Below are positions 1 through 9,367 of a stretch of 64,000 bases of DNA, piece by piece; the first letter of the stretch is position 1; the number at the start of each line of letters is the position of its first letter. The notes beneath the pieces were generated by a model, which did no database searches, was not told the DNA's origin, and worked only from the letters and a program-made list of their open reading frames with translations. The stretch spans positions 1-64,000 of the forward strand of contig CAVRCI010000004.1 in assembly GCA_963719495.1 (NCBI GenBank), read 5' to 3'. This DNA is from an uncultured Verrucomicrobiae bacterium (GTDB lineage Bacteria > Verrucomicrobiota > Verrucomicrobiia > Chthoniobacterales > JAATET01). The position numbers and the translations under genes were made by a program.

Positions 1-71
1 GGCGGGGGACGGAATCGAACCGACGCATAGAGCTTTTGCAGAGCTCTGCCTTACCACTTGGCTACCCCGCC
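1..71 (-). tRNA. tRNA-Cys (GCA); discriminator/CCA lies beyond the window edge
   Basis: Reverse complement GGCGGGGTAGCCAAGTGGTAAGGCAGAGCTCTGCAAAAGCTCTATGCGTCGGTTCGATTCCGTCCCCCGCC folds as a cloverleaf: 7-bp acceptor stem, GCA anticodon, GGTTCGATTCC T-arm. Confidence 0.96.
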
Positions 72-117
72 ATTCGCATGGCCCCGTCCCACGAGCGAGT
101 CGCTAGCCGGTCGGGTT

Positions 118-819
118 TTAATACACGAGGATCGGGGGGGCGACAACCGTTGTTTGCGTGCCTTCGAGGGTCGTGCCTTCGGATTGGTCGATGGAGTCGA
201 CGATGCCGTCTTTGAAAGCGACGGATAGGCGTCCGATCGGGGTCTTGACGTAGGTGGTGGCGATGGTGACGACGCCGTTGGGGCCGACGACGTTGGTTTG
301 CTGGGGAATGGTGGCGTATTTGACGAAATCCCAGGTTAGTTGAACGCCTTCGACGGTGGTCTTGGTGGATCGTTTTTGCGGGTCGCCGATGCTGAGTTGG
401 ACCTCTTCGGGGGTCATGCCCATGGCGACTTCGTTCTCGGCGATGAGCGCGGCTACGGTGATCCGGCGTTCTTCGCTTTGGCGGAAGGCCGTGAGGGTTT
501 CGTCGGGGATGGCTTCGAGGTAGCCGGGGCCGACCCAGCCGAGGATCTGGCCTTGTTGAGCGTTGCCGCGGACTCGGTAGGCGCGGTCGGAAACGGCTTG
601 GATTTCGACAGTTTGGGGGACGCGGAGAGTGCCGACGTAGCGGTTGCCTTCGTGGTCGAAGTAGGCGGGAGCGGGCTGGAGAACTTTGAGGCGGAGCGGC
701 TTGGCGTCGAAGTCGGAGAGGTAGATCGCGCCGGGTTCACGAATGATGGGCTCGGCGGTCGCGGTCGTGATCGAGGCGGCGGCAAGGGTGAGGAGGGCTG
801 GGAGCGGGTGGAGCCTCAT
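118..819 (-). CDS. Secreted hypothetical protein (possible SH3-like and SmpA/BamE-like segments)
   Basis: 233 aa ORF with a signal peptide (MRLHPLPALLTLAAASITTATA) and a GMTPEEV..SIGDP motif; codon usage matches neighbouring minus-strand genes. Confidence 0.75.
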   Translation of the reverse strand: MRLHPLPALLTLAAASITTATAEPIIREPGAIYLSDFDAKPLRLKVLQPAPAYFDHEGNRYVGTLRVPQTVEIQAVSDRAYRVRGNAQQGQILGWVGPGYLEAIPDETLTAFRQSEERRITVAALIAENEVAMGMTPEEVQLSIGDPQKRSTKTTVEGVQLTWDFVKYATIPQQTNVVGPNGVVTIATTYVKTPIGRLSVAFKDGIVDSIDQSEGTTLEGTQTTVVAPPILVY

Positions 820-1143
820 GCGGGGAACTTAAGTCGGTCTTGGAGGGATTGCGAGGATGGGCGTGGTGGTTTGTCCGGCGGGGGATATCGATGTGGGCTT
901 TGCCATGGGTTGGTGATCGGTAGGGATGCCGATGAGCACGGAGGTTGGTGATCGGCTGGATGCCGATGGGCAGGGTGTGATTGAGAGTGCGTCCGAGGCT
1001 GAGCCCAAAGGACGAGTGAGATTGGGATCAACGAGCCAGCCCGCGTCGAGCCGCGAGTGAAGCCACCCTCGGGTGGCCATGATACCACCCGCGCGGAGAA
1101 GCAAATCTCCGGGCACCCTCGGAGTTGGCGGCGGAGCGCCCCA

Positions 1144-1201
1144 ACCAATCCATTACCTGTAAAATGTGACGGTCGTCACATTTTACAGGTAATGGATTGG
1201 T
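1144..1201. repeat. Perfect palindrome, 28-bp arms with 2-nt loop
   Basis: accaatccattacctgtaaaatgtgacg-gt-cgtcacattttacaggtaatggattggt read directly. Confidence 0.97.
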
Positions 1202-1296
1202 GGCGAGGTCCTCGGAAGAGACCGGCCCTTACTGCTGGCGAGCCGGAGCTTGCCCGTCGGAAGGCCGCGGATCCGGGGGTGCCCGGACGGGGAGTG

Positions 1297-1426
1297 GCGA
1301 GCGAGCGAACGAGCGAACGAGCGAAAGAACGAACGAACGAACGAACGAACGAACGAACGAACGAACGAACGAACGAACGAACGAACGAACGAACGAACGA
1401 ACGAACGAACGAATGAACGAATGAAT
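1297..1426 (+). repeat. (GAAC)n tetranucleotide microsatellite
   Basis: 21 perfect GAAC units at 1327-1410, with degenerate GAGC/GAAT units on either side. Confidence 0.97.
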
Positions 1427-1432
1427 CCGCTC

Positions 1433-1466
1433 CCGATAAAACGTAACGGCCGTTACGTTTTATCGG
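1433..1466. repeat. Perfect 34-bp palindrome related to the 1144-1201 palindrome
   Basis: ccgataaaacgtaacgg|ccgttacgttttatcgg; shares the core TAAAAyGTrACGGyCGTyACrTTTTA. Confidence 0.95.
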
Positions 1467-1710
1467 TCGACTCCGCGGGAATTGGGGGGGCGTCTGGATG
1501 AGGTGGGAGACCCGATGCTGCGAGGCCTTGGACCGTGGCGATCTCCCACGGACTCGTCGCCAGCCTCCTGCCGTCCCCTTGGTCAGACGTTGTTGGCGTT
1601 CACGAGATTCTTCTTCCGATCAGGACGCGCTTTCGATCACACCCCGATGGGCACGGGGGCTGCGATGGCGCTTTGCTTGGAGGGGGGGAAGTGGGCATAT
1701 TGACGAGGTT

Positions 1711-2118
1711 ATGTTGAACGATATTCAAGAGTTTGTGAGGGCGGGGTCGCAGAAGTTGACTTCGGGGCAGATCGCGGAGTTCGAGCACGAGTTGCCGCTG
1801 CTGCTGGCGAAGGTGTCGGAGGAGAATCCGCCGAATCAGCCTCACCTGCTCAAGCAGGCGGAATTTCTGGTGCGGTATTGCGAAGATTGCCTGGACTCGA
1901 AGTACGAGCCCGAGGACGTGGGAGCGCTGACGGAGGCCGTATTTGCGCTGATGTATCTGCAGAAGCCGATCGACATCATTCCGGATAATATTCCGGGGAT
2001 CGGGTATTCGGACGATTCGGCGGTGTTGCGGACCGTGCTGAAGTCACACGCGCACGAGTTTGGGCGGTTTTGCAACGCGACGGGGTGTGACTACGCGGGG
2101 CTTTCTTTGGAGGCTTGA
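1711..2118 (+). CDS. YkvA/DUF1232 family protein
   Basis: Motif ALMYLQKPIDIIPDNIPGIGYSDD; ATG at 1711 after GAGG. Confidence 0.85.
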   Translation: MLNDIQEFVRAGSQKLTSGQIAEFEHELPLLLAKVSEENPPNQPHLLKQAEFLVRYCEDCLDSKYEPEDVGALTEAVFALMYLQKPIDIIPDNIPGIGYSDDSAVLRTVLKSHAHEFGRFCNATGCDYAGLSLEA

Positions 2119-2230
2119 GGGTCTGGGCGTGGTCGACAGACGGCTGGGGGTCTTGATGATCCGTAGGCGGGGGTTCCGGGTTGAGCGCTGGGGTTCTTTA
2201 GTAGGATGGCGGTTGTGGGTTTTAGTGTCG

Positions 2231-2264
2231 GCCAGAGATGTTTCGCTTCGCTCAACATGACAGG
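2231..2264. repeat. REP-like family A (GAGATnnTTCGCTTnGCTCAnnATGACAGG)
   Basis: Near-identical copies at 9424-9457 and 25803-25836, plus an inverted pair at 60783-60815 / 60901-60924. Confidence 0.85.
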
Positions 2265-2380
2265 GTTTTGGATTGGGCTTCGCCCAGATGGCCTGGGTGG
2301 CCTGGGCGGCCTGGGCGGCCTGGGCGGTTTGCCGGGTGGGATGACGCGCTCGGATTCTGGGTTCGTTCGTATTGATGGGG

Positions 2381-4864
2381 ATGTTGGCTGAGGTCGAGGG
2401 GTGGTTTGCGGGGCGGGGGTGGGAGGTTTTTCCATTTCAACGGGAGGTTTGGGAGGCGTTTGCGGCGGGGGAGTCGGGGTTGGTGCATTGCTCGACGGGG
2501 GCGGGGAAGACTTACGCGGTGTGGTTCGCGGCGCTTCTTGGTGAAGAGGGCGGGTCGGCGAGAGGGGGTGAGGGGGAGAATGGTGGGCCGCTGCGCGTGT
2601 TGTGGGTGACTCCGTTGCGGGCTTTGGCGGCGGATACGGAGGGGGCATTGCTTCGACCGGTGACGGATCTCGATCTGGATTTTACGGTCGGGCGGAGGAC
2701 GGGGGACACTTCGTCGCACACGCGGAAGAAGCAGATGGACCGGCCGCCGAACGCCTTGGTGACGACGCCGGAGAGTTTGTGCGTGCTGTTGAGCCAGCCG
2801 AAATTTTTGCCGCGGTTCGCGGGCTTGCGGATGGTGGTGGTGGACGAGTGGCACGAGCTGATTTCTTCGAAGCGGGGGGTGTTGACGGAATTGGCGTTGG
2901 CGCGGCTGCGGGGGCTGGCTCCGGGGATGCGGACGTGGGGGTTGTCGGCGACGTTGGGAAACACGGAGGAGGCGGCGCGGGTGCTGGGGGGATCCGGGGC
3001 GGATGGGAAGCCTCGGCCGATGCGGATCGTGCGGGGGGCGGAGGCGAAGGAGATCGTGATCGAGAGCGTGCTGCCGCCGGTGGGGGAGCGGTTTGCGTGG
3101 GCGGGTCACCTCGGGTTGCAATTGGTGAAGCCGGTGGTGGAGCGGTTGCGGGCGAGTGCTTCGACGATCGTTTTTACGAATACGCGGTCGCAGGCGGAGT
3201 TGTGGTATCAGGCTCTGCGGGCGGCGATGCCGGATTGGGAGGACAAGCTGGGGTTGCACCACGGGTCGTTGGCGAACGAGGTGCGGGTGGCGGCGGAGGA
3301 TGGGCTGCGGTCGGGGACGTTACGGGCGGTGGTGTCGACCTCGAGTTTGGACCTGGGGGTGGATTTTGCGCCGGTGGAGTGCGTGGTGCAGATCGGGAGT
3401 CCGAAGGGGGTGGCGCGGTTGATGCAGCGGGCGGGCCGGAGTGGGCATCAGCCGGGGGCGGTGAGCCGGATCGTTTGCGTGCCGGCGAATACGTTCGAGC
3501 TGGTGGAGATCGCGGCGGCGCGGGATCTGGCGGCGACCCGGACGGTGGAGGCGCGGACGCCGCTGCGGGGGGTGCTGGACGTGTTGTGTCAGCATCTGGT
3601 GACGGTGGCGGCGGGCGGGCCGTTTCGGGAGGCCGACCTCAAGGCGGAGGTGCGGGGGACGCACGCGTTCGCGGGGTTGTCGGATGCGGAGTGGGATTGG
3701 GCGCTGGACTTCGCGGCTCGGGGCGGGGAGGCGCTGAGGGCTTATCCGGAGTATGCGCGGATGGCGGAGGCGGATGGGGTCTTCTCGCTGCGGGAGGAGG
3801 GAATGGCGAAGCGGCATCGGCTGGGGATCGGGACGATCACGGGGAACGCTTCGGTGGAGGTGCGCTTTGCGAACGGGGCGCGGCTGGGGTCGGTGGAGGA
3901 GTCGTTTCTGGCGAAGATTCGACCGGGGGACCGGTTTCTCTTCGCGGGGCGGAATCTGGAATTGGTGCGGGTGCGGGATCTGCGGGCGACGGTGAAGGTG
4001 GGGGGGCGGCGGACGACGGGGGTGCCGCGGTGGATGGGGGGGCGGATGCCGCTTTCGTCGCAGTTGGCGACGGGGGTGCGGGCGCGTTTTGAAGAGTGGG
4101 AGAGGGCGCGAGGGGGGGAGGGGGAGATGGTCGACGGGCCGGAGATGAGTCGTTTGGGGCCGGTGTTGGAGATTCAGCGGCGGATGTCGCGGGTGCCGGG
4201 GATGGAGGACCTTCTCATCGAGCGATTGAATTCTCGGGAGGGGTGGCACCTGTTTTTCTATCCGTTCGAGGGGCGGCTGGCGCACGAGGGGTTGGCGGCT
4301 TTGTTCGCTTACCGGATCGCGCGGTTACGGCCGCTGACGTTTTCGCTGGCGGTGAACGATTATGGCTTCGAGCTGCTATCAGCCGAGGAGGCTCCGCTGG
4401 AGGAGGCTTTGGCGGGCGGGCTGATGGGGGATGGGGGGCTGACCGGGGACATTCTCGGGAGTGTGCATTCGACGGAGATGGCGCGGCGGCGGTTTCGCGA
4501 GATTGCGCGGATCGCGGGTTTGGTGGTCGAGGGTGTGGGGCGTGCTCGGAAGTCGGCGAGGGCGATGACGATTTCGTCGTCGCTGCTGTTCGACGTGTTT
4601 CGGAAATACGATGCGGGAAATTTGCTGCTCGGGCAGGCGACGCGGGAGGTGCTCGAGAGTGAGCTGGAGTTCACGCGGATGGTGAGCGCGCTCGAGCGAA
4701 TGCGGGGGATGCGGCGGGTGGTGGTGGATGTGGCGGCGGCTACGCCGCTGGCTTATCCCCTGTTTGTGGCACGGTTGCGGGAACAGCTTTCGAGCGAGGC
4801 GCTGGCGGACCGGGTGCGGCGGATGGAGGTGGCGATGGAGCGGGCTGAAACGCCGAGAGCCTGA
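2381..4864 (+). CDS. Ligase-associated DNA damage response DEXH-box helicase (Lhr-like)
   Basis: Motifs STGAGKT, TPLRALA, TTPESL, VVDEWHEL, GLSATLGN, HHGSL, TSSLDLGVDF, QRAGRSGH, PRWMGGRMPLS. Confidence 0.92.
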   Translation: MLAEVEGWFAGRGWEVFPFQREVWEAFAAGESGLVHCSTGAGKTYAVWFAALLGEEGGSARGGEGENGGPLRVLWVTPLRALAADTEGALLRPVTDLDLDFTVGRRTGDTSSHTRKKQMDRPPNALVTTPESLCVLLSQPKFLPRFAGLRMVVVDEWHELISSKRGVLTELALARLRGLAPGMRTWGLSATLGNTEEAARVLGGSGADGKPRPMRIVRGAEAKEIVIESVLPPVGERFAWAGHLGLQLVKPVVERLRASASTIVFTNTRSQAELWYQALRAAMPDWEDKLGLHHGSLANEVRVAAEDGLRSGTLRAVVSTSSLDLGVDFAPVECVVQIGSPKGVARLMQRAGRSGHQPGAVSRIVCVPANTFELVEIAAARDLAATRTVEARTPLRGVLDVLCQHLVTVAAGGPFREADLKAEVRGTHAFAGLSDAEWDWALDFAARGGEALRAYPEYARMAEADGVFSLREEGMAKRHRLGIGTITGNASVEVRFANGARLGSVEESFLAKIRPGDRFLFAGRNLELVRVRDLRATVKVGGRRTTGVPRWMGGRMPLSSQLATGVRARFEEWERARGGEGEMVDGPEMSRLGPVLEIQRRMSRVPGMEDLLIERLNSREGWHLFFYPFEGRLAHEGLAALFAYRIARLRPLTFSLAVNDYGFELLSAEEAPLEEALAGGLMGDGGLTGDILGSVHSTEMARRRFREIARIAGLVVEGVGRARKSARAMTISSSLLFDVFRKYDAGNLLLGQATREVLESELEFTRMVSALERMRGMRRVVVDVAAATPLAYPLFVARLREQLSSEALADRVRRMEVAMERAETPRA

Positions 4865-4953
4865 AACGCTGGAATATCCCCGGTGACGCCTGGAGTGCTT
4901 TTGGCGAGGCGGAGTTCTGGGAGATGGTTTGGGAACCCGGCGGCGCGGCTTCC

Positions 4954-5367
4954 CTACCTTTCGACGACCTGGAGCGACAGGGGTGCGTCGTCGGTGGAGG
5001 TCAGGTCGTGCTCGAAGGTTTCGCGGCGGATGCTTTGCTCGATCTGTTCGAGGGAACGGTGGCGGAGATGGTGAGCGGCCAACGGGTGACGCTGGTCTCT
5101 TTTGGCGGTGACTTCGAGGTGGAGGCTGGTGGCGAGGAGGCGGCGGAGGCGGTAGAATGGGAGGTAATTGTCGGCTTCGAGGCGCTCGCGGCAAGCCAGG
5201 AAGAGGTCGAGGGTGCGGTTCCAATTCGTTCCCTGGATGATGGCGGAACGCAGGTCGAGGAGGTCGTTCCAGTGCCGGGGATCGGTGGTCGCGAAGAGGC
5301 GCTCGATGATGGCGAGGGCGTCGTGGCGCCAGTGGGGCGTGGCGGGAATCTGCGGGTGGCCGGTCAT
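4954..5367 (-). CDS. Hypothetical protein (137 aa)
   Basis: ORF with host-like codon usage; ATG at 5367 follows a candidate promoter. Confidence 0.65.
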   Translation of the reverse strand: MTGHPQIPATPHWRHDALAIIERLFATTDPRHWNDLLDLRSAIIQGTNWNRTLDLFLACRERLEADNYLPFYRLRRLLATSLHLEVTAKRDQRHPLAAHHLRHRSLEQIEQSIRRETFEHDLTSTDDAPLSLQVVER

Positions 5368-5378
5368 TGCGTCCGAGC

Positions 5379-5406
5379 AATCTACGCAATTGAGACTCAG
5401 TTTCAA
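5379..5406 (-). promoter_or_regulatory. Candidate sigma70 promoter overlapped by a Fur-box-like dyad
   Basis: Minus strand TTGAAA-16 nt-TAGATT; dyad TTGAGACT-C-AGTTTCAA at 5390-5406. Confidence 0.5.
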
Positions 5407-5426
5407 CTGGGTTTTTTGCCGGGTTT

Positions 5427-6509
5427 TTAGAGTCCTCGGGTGAGGGTGAGATACTTAAATTGGGTGCCCATCATTTCGGGATGGAGGAGGGTCTTGAGTC
5501 CTCGGAGGTCCTTGGTCCGCTGGGGGGTGTCGGGTTGGGTTTCCAGGTCGAGGAGGAGGGGGCGGGCGGCGTTGACGAGGAAATGGTATTGGTCGGTGAA
5601 GTTGGCGACGGTGAGGCCGTCGGTCTCGGCGGCTTGGGTGAGGGTGGTGAAGTCGACGTGGGCGGTGAGGTCTTTTTCGCCGACGGCGGTGAGTGGGTCG
5701 TCGTCGCGGCGGTGGTCTTGGTAGGCACTGAGGGTGCCGGTGGTGCGCCAGGGGGCGTGGAGTTCGGGGCGGAGGAAACCGTAGTCGACGACGAGGATCT
5801 GGCCGCGCTGGAGTTTTGCGGCGACGGTGGTGAGCCAGGTTGCGGAGGCGGGGCGGGCCTCGGCGAGGTAGCCTTCGGGGGCGTCGGGAGGGAGTTGAGC
5901 GGTGAGCTCGGGTGGGGCTGGGAGGTGGGTGACGGTGAGGGCTTCGTTGGCGGTGGTGAGGTGCCATTCCTGCCAGATGGCGGATTGGCGCTCGAAGATT
6001 CGGACGGGGAGGGCGTCGACGTATTCGTTGGTGAAGTGGACGCCGGTGAATGGGGGGAGGTCTTCGAGGCTGGCGTGGTGGGTGATTTCGATCGAGGCGT
6101 GGCGAGCGAGGGTGGTTCGTTGGGCCGTCTGGAGGTGGGGGAAGGGTTCGACGAGGCGGAGGTGGATCGTTGCCGCGAGGGCGGGGTGGCGCTCGGCGAG
6201 GGCGTCGAGGACGTCGGCGGCGAAGGTGGCGTCGTTGGCACCCTGTTCGACGAGGGTGAAGTCGGCGGGGCGACCGAGTTGATCCCAGACGGCGGCGAAG
6301 TGGTCGGCGAGGATGCGGCCGAACATGCGGCTGACGGTGACGCTGGTGTTGTAGTCGCCTTCGCGGCCGAGGCGGGCGCGGCCGCTGGCGTAGTAGCCGT
6401 GGGCGGGGTCGAAGAGGGCTCGCGCCATGAAGGCGTCGAAACGGAGGGGCGGGGCGGGTGGATTGAGCTCGGTGAGAAGCTGGCGGGCTAGTGGGGTTGG
6501 TTCGGACAA
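5427..6509 (-). CDS. SAM-dependent methyltransferase, MidA/NDUFAF7 (DUF185) family
   Basis: RFDAFMARALFDPAHGYY, GDYNT, VEQGA, NEYVDALPV, VDYG, DLTAHVDFT, MGTQFK. Start is uncertain (TTG 6509; ORF open to 6593). Confidence 0.88.
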   Translation of the reverse strand: MSEPTPLARQLLTELNPPAPPLRFDAFMARALFDPAHGYYASGRARLGREGDYNTSVTVSRMFGRILADHFAAVWDQLGRPADFTLVEQGANDATFAADVLDALAERHPALAATIHLRLVEPFPHLQTAQRTTLARHASIEITHHASLEDLPPFTGVHFTNEYVDALPVRIFERQSAIWQEWHLTTANEALTVTHLPAPPELTAQLPPDAPEGYLAEARPASATWLTTVAAKLQRGQILVVDYGFLRPELHAPWRTTGTLSAYQDHRRDDDPLTAVGEKDLTAHVDFTTLTQAAETDGLTVANFTDQYHFLVNAARPLLLDLETQPDTPQRTKDLRGLKTLLHPEMMGTQFKYLTLTRGL

Positions 6510-6641
6510 GGAGCGGAAACGGAGCGGGTTCCCGAGAAGGACTACCGGGACATCGATCCAAGTTTCAATCCTCGAAGCTCGGCGAGTTCCCAAGTTTCCG
6601 CGGGGCCTGCCGGCACCGTGTCATCTTGAATCAACGCGTCC

Positions 6642-7940
6642 TCAACTTTGGCTTTTTGTGTATTTGGCCATGATGACCGTTGCGCTTAGGCCGTGGAGGA
6701 GAACGGAGATGGCGATGACGGCTACCGTGATCGCGATGAGTTGGCGGCTTAGGTCGTCGGGGACTCCGTGGGCTACGGCGAACATGAGGTAGTAGATCGA
6801 GCCGATGCCGCGCATTCCGAGCCAGGAAATGATGGAGCGTTGGAAGGTCGAGGTGTCGGATTTGATCAGGCCGATCCAGACGGCGATGGGTCGGATGAGG
6901 AAGAGGAGGACGGGGAGGAAAATCCAGATTCCGCCGGGGAGGAAGTCCGTCGATAGCAGGGTGCCCACGGTGAGAACGAGGGCGACTTCGATGACGCGTT
7001 CGATTTGTTCGTTGAAGTCGAGGACTTCGTCGGTGAGGTGGGCGGCGGCGGATTTGGGGTGGCTGGCCTTTTCGTCCTCGGTTTCGCCGACGTCTTCGAG
7101 GGCATCCCGCGGGTGCTGTTCTTCGTCGGTTTGTTCGCGCTCGACCCAGCGGAGGGCGAAGCCGGCGGCAAAGACGGCGAGGAATCCGTAGGCGGCGACG
7201 AGGATGGAGGCCCCGTAGGAGACGCCGATCAGGCCGAGAGCGAGGAATTGATCGTAGCCGAGGCCTTCGCAGTGCGTTTTGCGGAGGTAGAGGATGAGGC
7301 GGCCGACGCCGATTCCGGTGACGGCTCCGATGCCGATGCCGCCGACGATGGCCCAGACGACGTCGACGGCGACCCACTTCCAACCGAAGTCGCCGAGGTC
7401 GTGCAGTCCGAGGAGGCCGAGGCCGAGCATGACGAAGGGGAAGGCGGTGCCGTCGTTGAAGCCAGCTTCGCCCGTGAGGGAGAAGCGGAGGCGTTCGCGG
7501 TCGCCGGCTTCGCGGACCTGGACCTCGGACGCAAGGACCGGGTCGGTTGGGGCGAGAATGGCACCGAGGAGGATGGCGGCTCCGGGGGAGAAATCGAAAA
7601 TGAGCATCGCGGCAGCGGCGATGAGGGCGACGGTGAGGGTCATCGAGATGAACGCGAGGCGGAGTGGGAGCCACCAGAGGCGGTCGCGGAGGGGGATCCG
7701 GATTTTCAGACCGGTCGTGAAAAGCGAGATGATGACGGCGATCTCGGCGAGACGCTCGACGATGGTCGCCTGGGCGACGGGGTCGAAGTAGAGGACGCCG
7801 AATCCGATCGGGCCGACGATGACGCCGACGGTGAAGTAGATCATCGCCGCGGTGAGCGGGAGGTCCTTGAGGAGGGAGCCTGCGAAGGCGACGGCGATGA
7901 GTAGTGAGCCGAAGAGGAGGAGCCAGGCGGAGAAACTCAC
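6642..7940 (-). CDS. Cation:proton antiporter (CPA1/NhaP-like)
   Basis: Multi-TM protein with LAPTDPVLA, GEAGFNDG and WLGMRGIGSIYY motifs. Confidence 0.9.
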   Translation of the reverse strand: MSFSAWLLLFGSLLIAVAFAGSLLKDLPLTAAMIYFTVGVIVGPIGFGVLYFDPVAQATIVERLAEIAVIISLFTTGLKIRIPLRDRLWWLPLRLAFISMTLTVALIAAAAMLIFDFSPGAAILLGAILAPTDPVLASEVQVREAGDRERLRFSLTGEAGFNDGTAFPFVMLGLGLLGLHDLGDFGWKWVAVDVVWAIVGGIGIGAVTGIGVGRLILYLRKTHCEGLGYDQFLALGLIGVSYGASILVAAYGFLAVFAAGFALRWVEREQTDEEQHPRDALEDVGETEDEKASHPKSAAAHLTDEVLDFNEQIERVIEVALVLTVGTLLSTDFLPGGIWIFLPVLLFLIRPIAVWIGLIKSDTSTFQRSIISWLGMRGIGSIYYLMFAVAHGVPDDLSRQLIAITVAVIAISVLLHGLSATVIMAKYTKSQS

Positions 7941-7970
7941 GGTGGTTCGAAGTGAGCTGCCGAAGCGGGC

Positions 7971-9323
7971 TTAGCCTTGGAAGGTAAGCGGGTCGCGGAG
8001 CTGGGCGGAGGTTTCGCGGGCGAGCAGGGCGCTGAGGGCGAGGACGGAGATGAGATTCGGGACGGCCATGAGCGCGTTGGCGGAATCGGAGAAATTGATC
8101 ACGAGGCTGCTGGGCGAGGTGGCACCGACGTAGATGGCGATCACCCAGAGGATTCGGTAGGTGAGGATGAGGCGGACGCCGCCGAGGTATTCGATGGCTT
8201 TTTCGCCGTAGTAGGACCAGCCGAGGAGGGTGGAGAATACGAAGCTGACGAGGCCGACGGTGATGATGGTTTTTCCCAGATAGGGGATGCCTTCGAAGGC
8301 GTCGGAGGTCATGACCGGGCCGTCGCCGCCGTCGTTCCAAGCCCCGGTGATGACGATGGCAATGCCGGTGAGGGCGCAGACGACGACCGTGTCCCAGAAG
8401 GTTCCGGTCATGGACACCAAAGCCTGTTGGGCGGGGTTGGTGGTCTTGGCGGCGGCGGCGGCGATGGGGGCGCTGCCGAGGCCGGATTCGTTGGAGAAGA
8501 GTCCGCGTTTGACGCCTTGTTGGAGGACGACGCCGAGGGCGCCGCCGGCGGCGGCCTGGCCGGTGAAGGCGTCGGAGAAGATGAGGCCGAGGGCGGCGGG
8601 GAGTTCGGTGATGTTGAGGATGATGAGGGCGAGGCAGCCGAGAACGTAGAGGACGACCATGACGGGGACGACGACTTCGCAGGCGCGCGAGATCCAGCGG
8701 ATGCCGCCGATGAGAACGGCACCGACGGCGACGGCCATGACGATGCCGATGATGCTGCGATACTGGGCGATTTGGTCGGGTCCGAGGTCCGGGAAGAGGC
8801 CGACGATCTGCTGGGTGACGGCTTTGGCCTGGAAGACGTTGCCGATGCCGAAGGCGGCGATGGCGGTGAAGACGGCGAAGGCGATCGCGAGCCACTTCCA
8901 GCCGAGACCGTGCTCGATGACATACATGGGACCGCCGGACATTTCGCCGCGGGCATTTTTGACGCGGTATTTCACGGCGAGGAAGCCTTCGGCGTATTTC
9001 GTGGCGATGCCGAAGACGCCGGTGAGCCACATCCAAAGGAGTGCTCCGGGGCCACCCAGGCCGATGGCGACGGCGACTCCGACGATGTTGCCGGCGCCGA
9101 CGGTGGCGGCGAGGGCGGTCATGAGCGCGCCGAAGTGGCTGACGTCACCCTCGGCGGCGGAGGGTTTGCGGAACGTGAGCTTGATCGCGGGGATGATGAG
9201 CCGCTGGATGAAGCCGAGTCGGACGGTGAGGAAGAGGTGGGTGCCGATGAGGAGGATGAGGAGCGGGGGTCCCCAGAGGAATCCGCTGGCGTCGGCGAAG
9301 AAGTTGTCGAGGCTTTCGATCAT
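7971..9323 (-). CDS. Alanine/glycine:cation symporter (AGCS/AlsT family)
   Basis: ALAATVGAGNIVGVA, GGPGALLWMW, GGPMY, RGLFSNESGLGSAP, FWDTVVVC. Confidence 0.93.
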   Translation of the reverse strand: MIESLDNFFADASGFLWGPPLLILLIGTHLFLTVRLGFIQRLIIPAIKLTFRKPSAAEGDVSHFGALMTALAATVGAGNIVGVAVAIGLGGPGALLWMWLTGVFGIATKYAEGFLAVKYRVKNARGEMSGGPMYVIEHGLGWKWLAIAFAVFTAIAAFGIGNVFQAKAVTQQIVGLFPDLGPDQIAQYRSIIGIVMAVAVGAVLIGGIRWISRACEVVVPVMVVLYVLGCLALIILNITELPAALGLIFSDAFTGQAAAGGALGVVLQQGVKRGLFSNESGLGSAPIAAAAAKTTNPAQQALVSMTGTFWDTVVVCALTGIAIVITGAWNDGGDGPVMTSDAFEGIPYLGKTIITVGLVSFVFSTLLGWSYYGEKAIEYLGGVRLILTYRILWVIAIYVGATSPSSLVINFSDSANALMAVPNLISVLALSALLARETSAQLRDPLTFQG

Positions 9324-9367
9324 GGAGCGGGATCAAATAAGGGTGGGTCGGGAAATACAATGCGGAT

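Noticed and set aside
1144..1466. Possible CRISPR array
   Set aside because: Only two dissimilar-length palindromes, no regular repeat-spacer periodicity and no cas genes.
1057..1501. ORFs with ERTN/NERT repeats
   Set aside because: They are translations of the GAAC microsatellite in all three frames, with no other coding signal.
1..2300. Prophage or integrative island at tRNA-Cys
   Set aside because: The tRNA 3' end points out of the window; I saw no integrase or duplicated tRNA 3' end inside it.
2289..2327. 9-bp repeat (GGCCTGGGC)n as a coding or functional element
   Set aside because: Only about four units in an intergenic spacer next to a REP; no further support.
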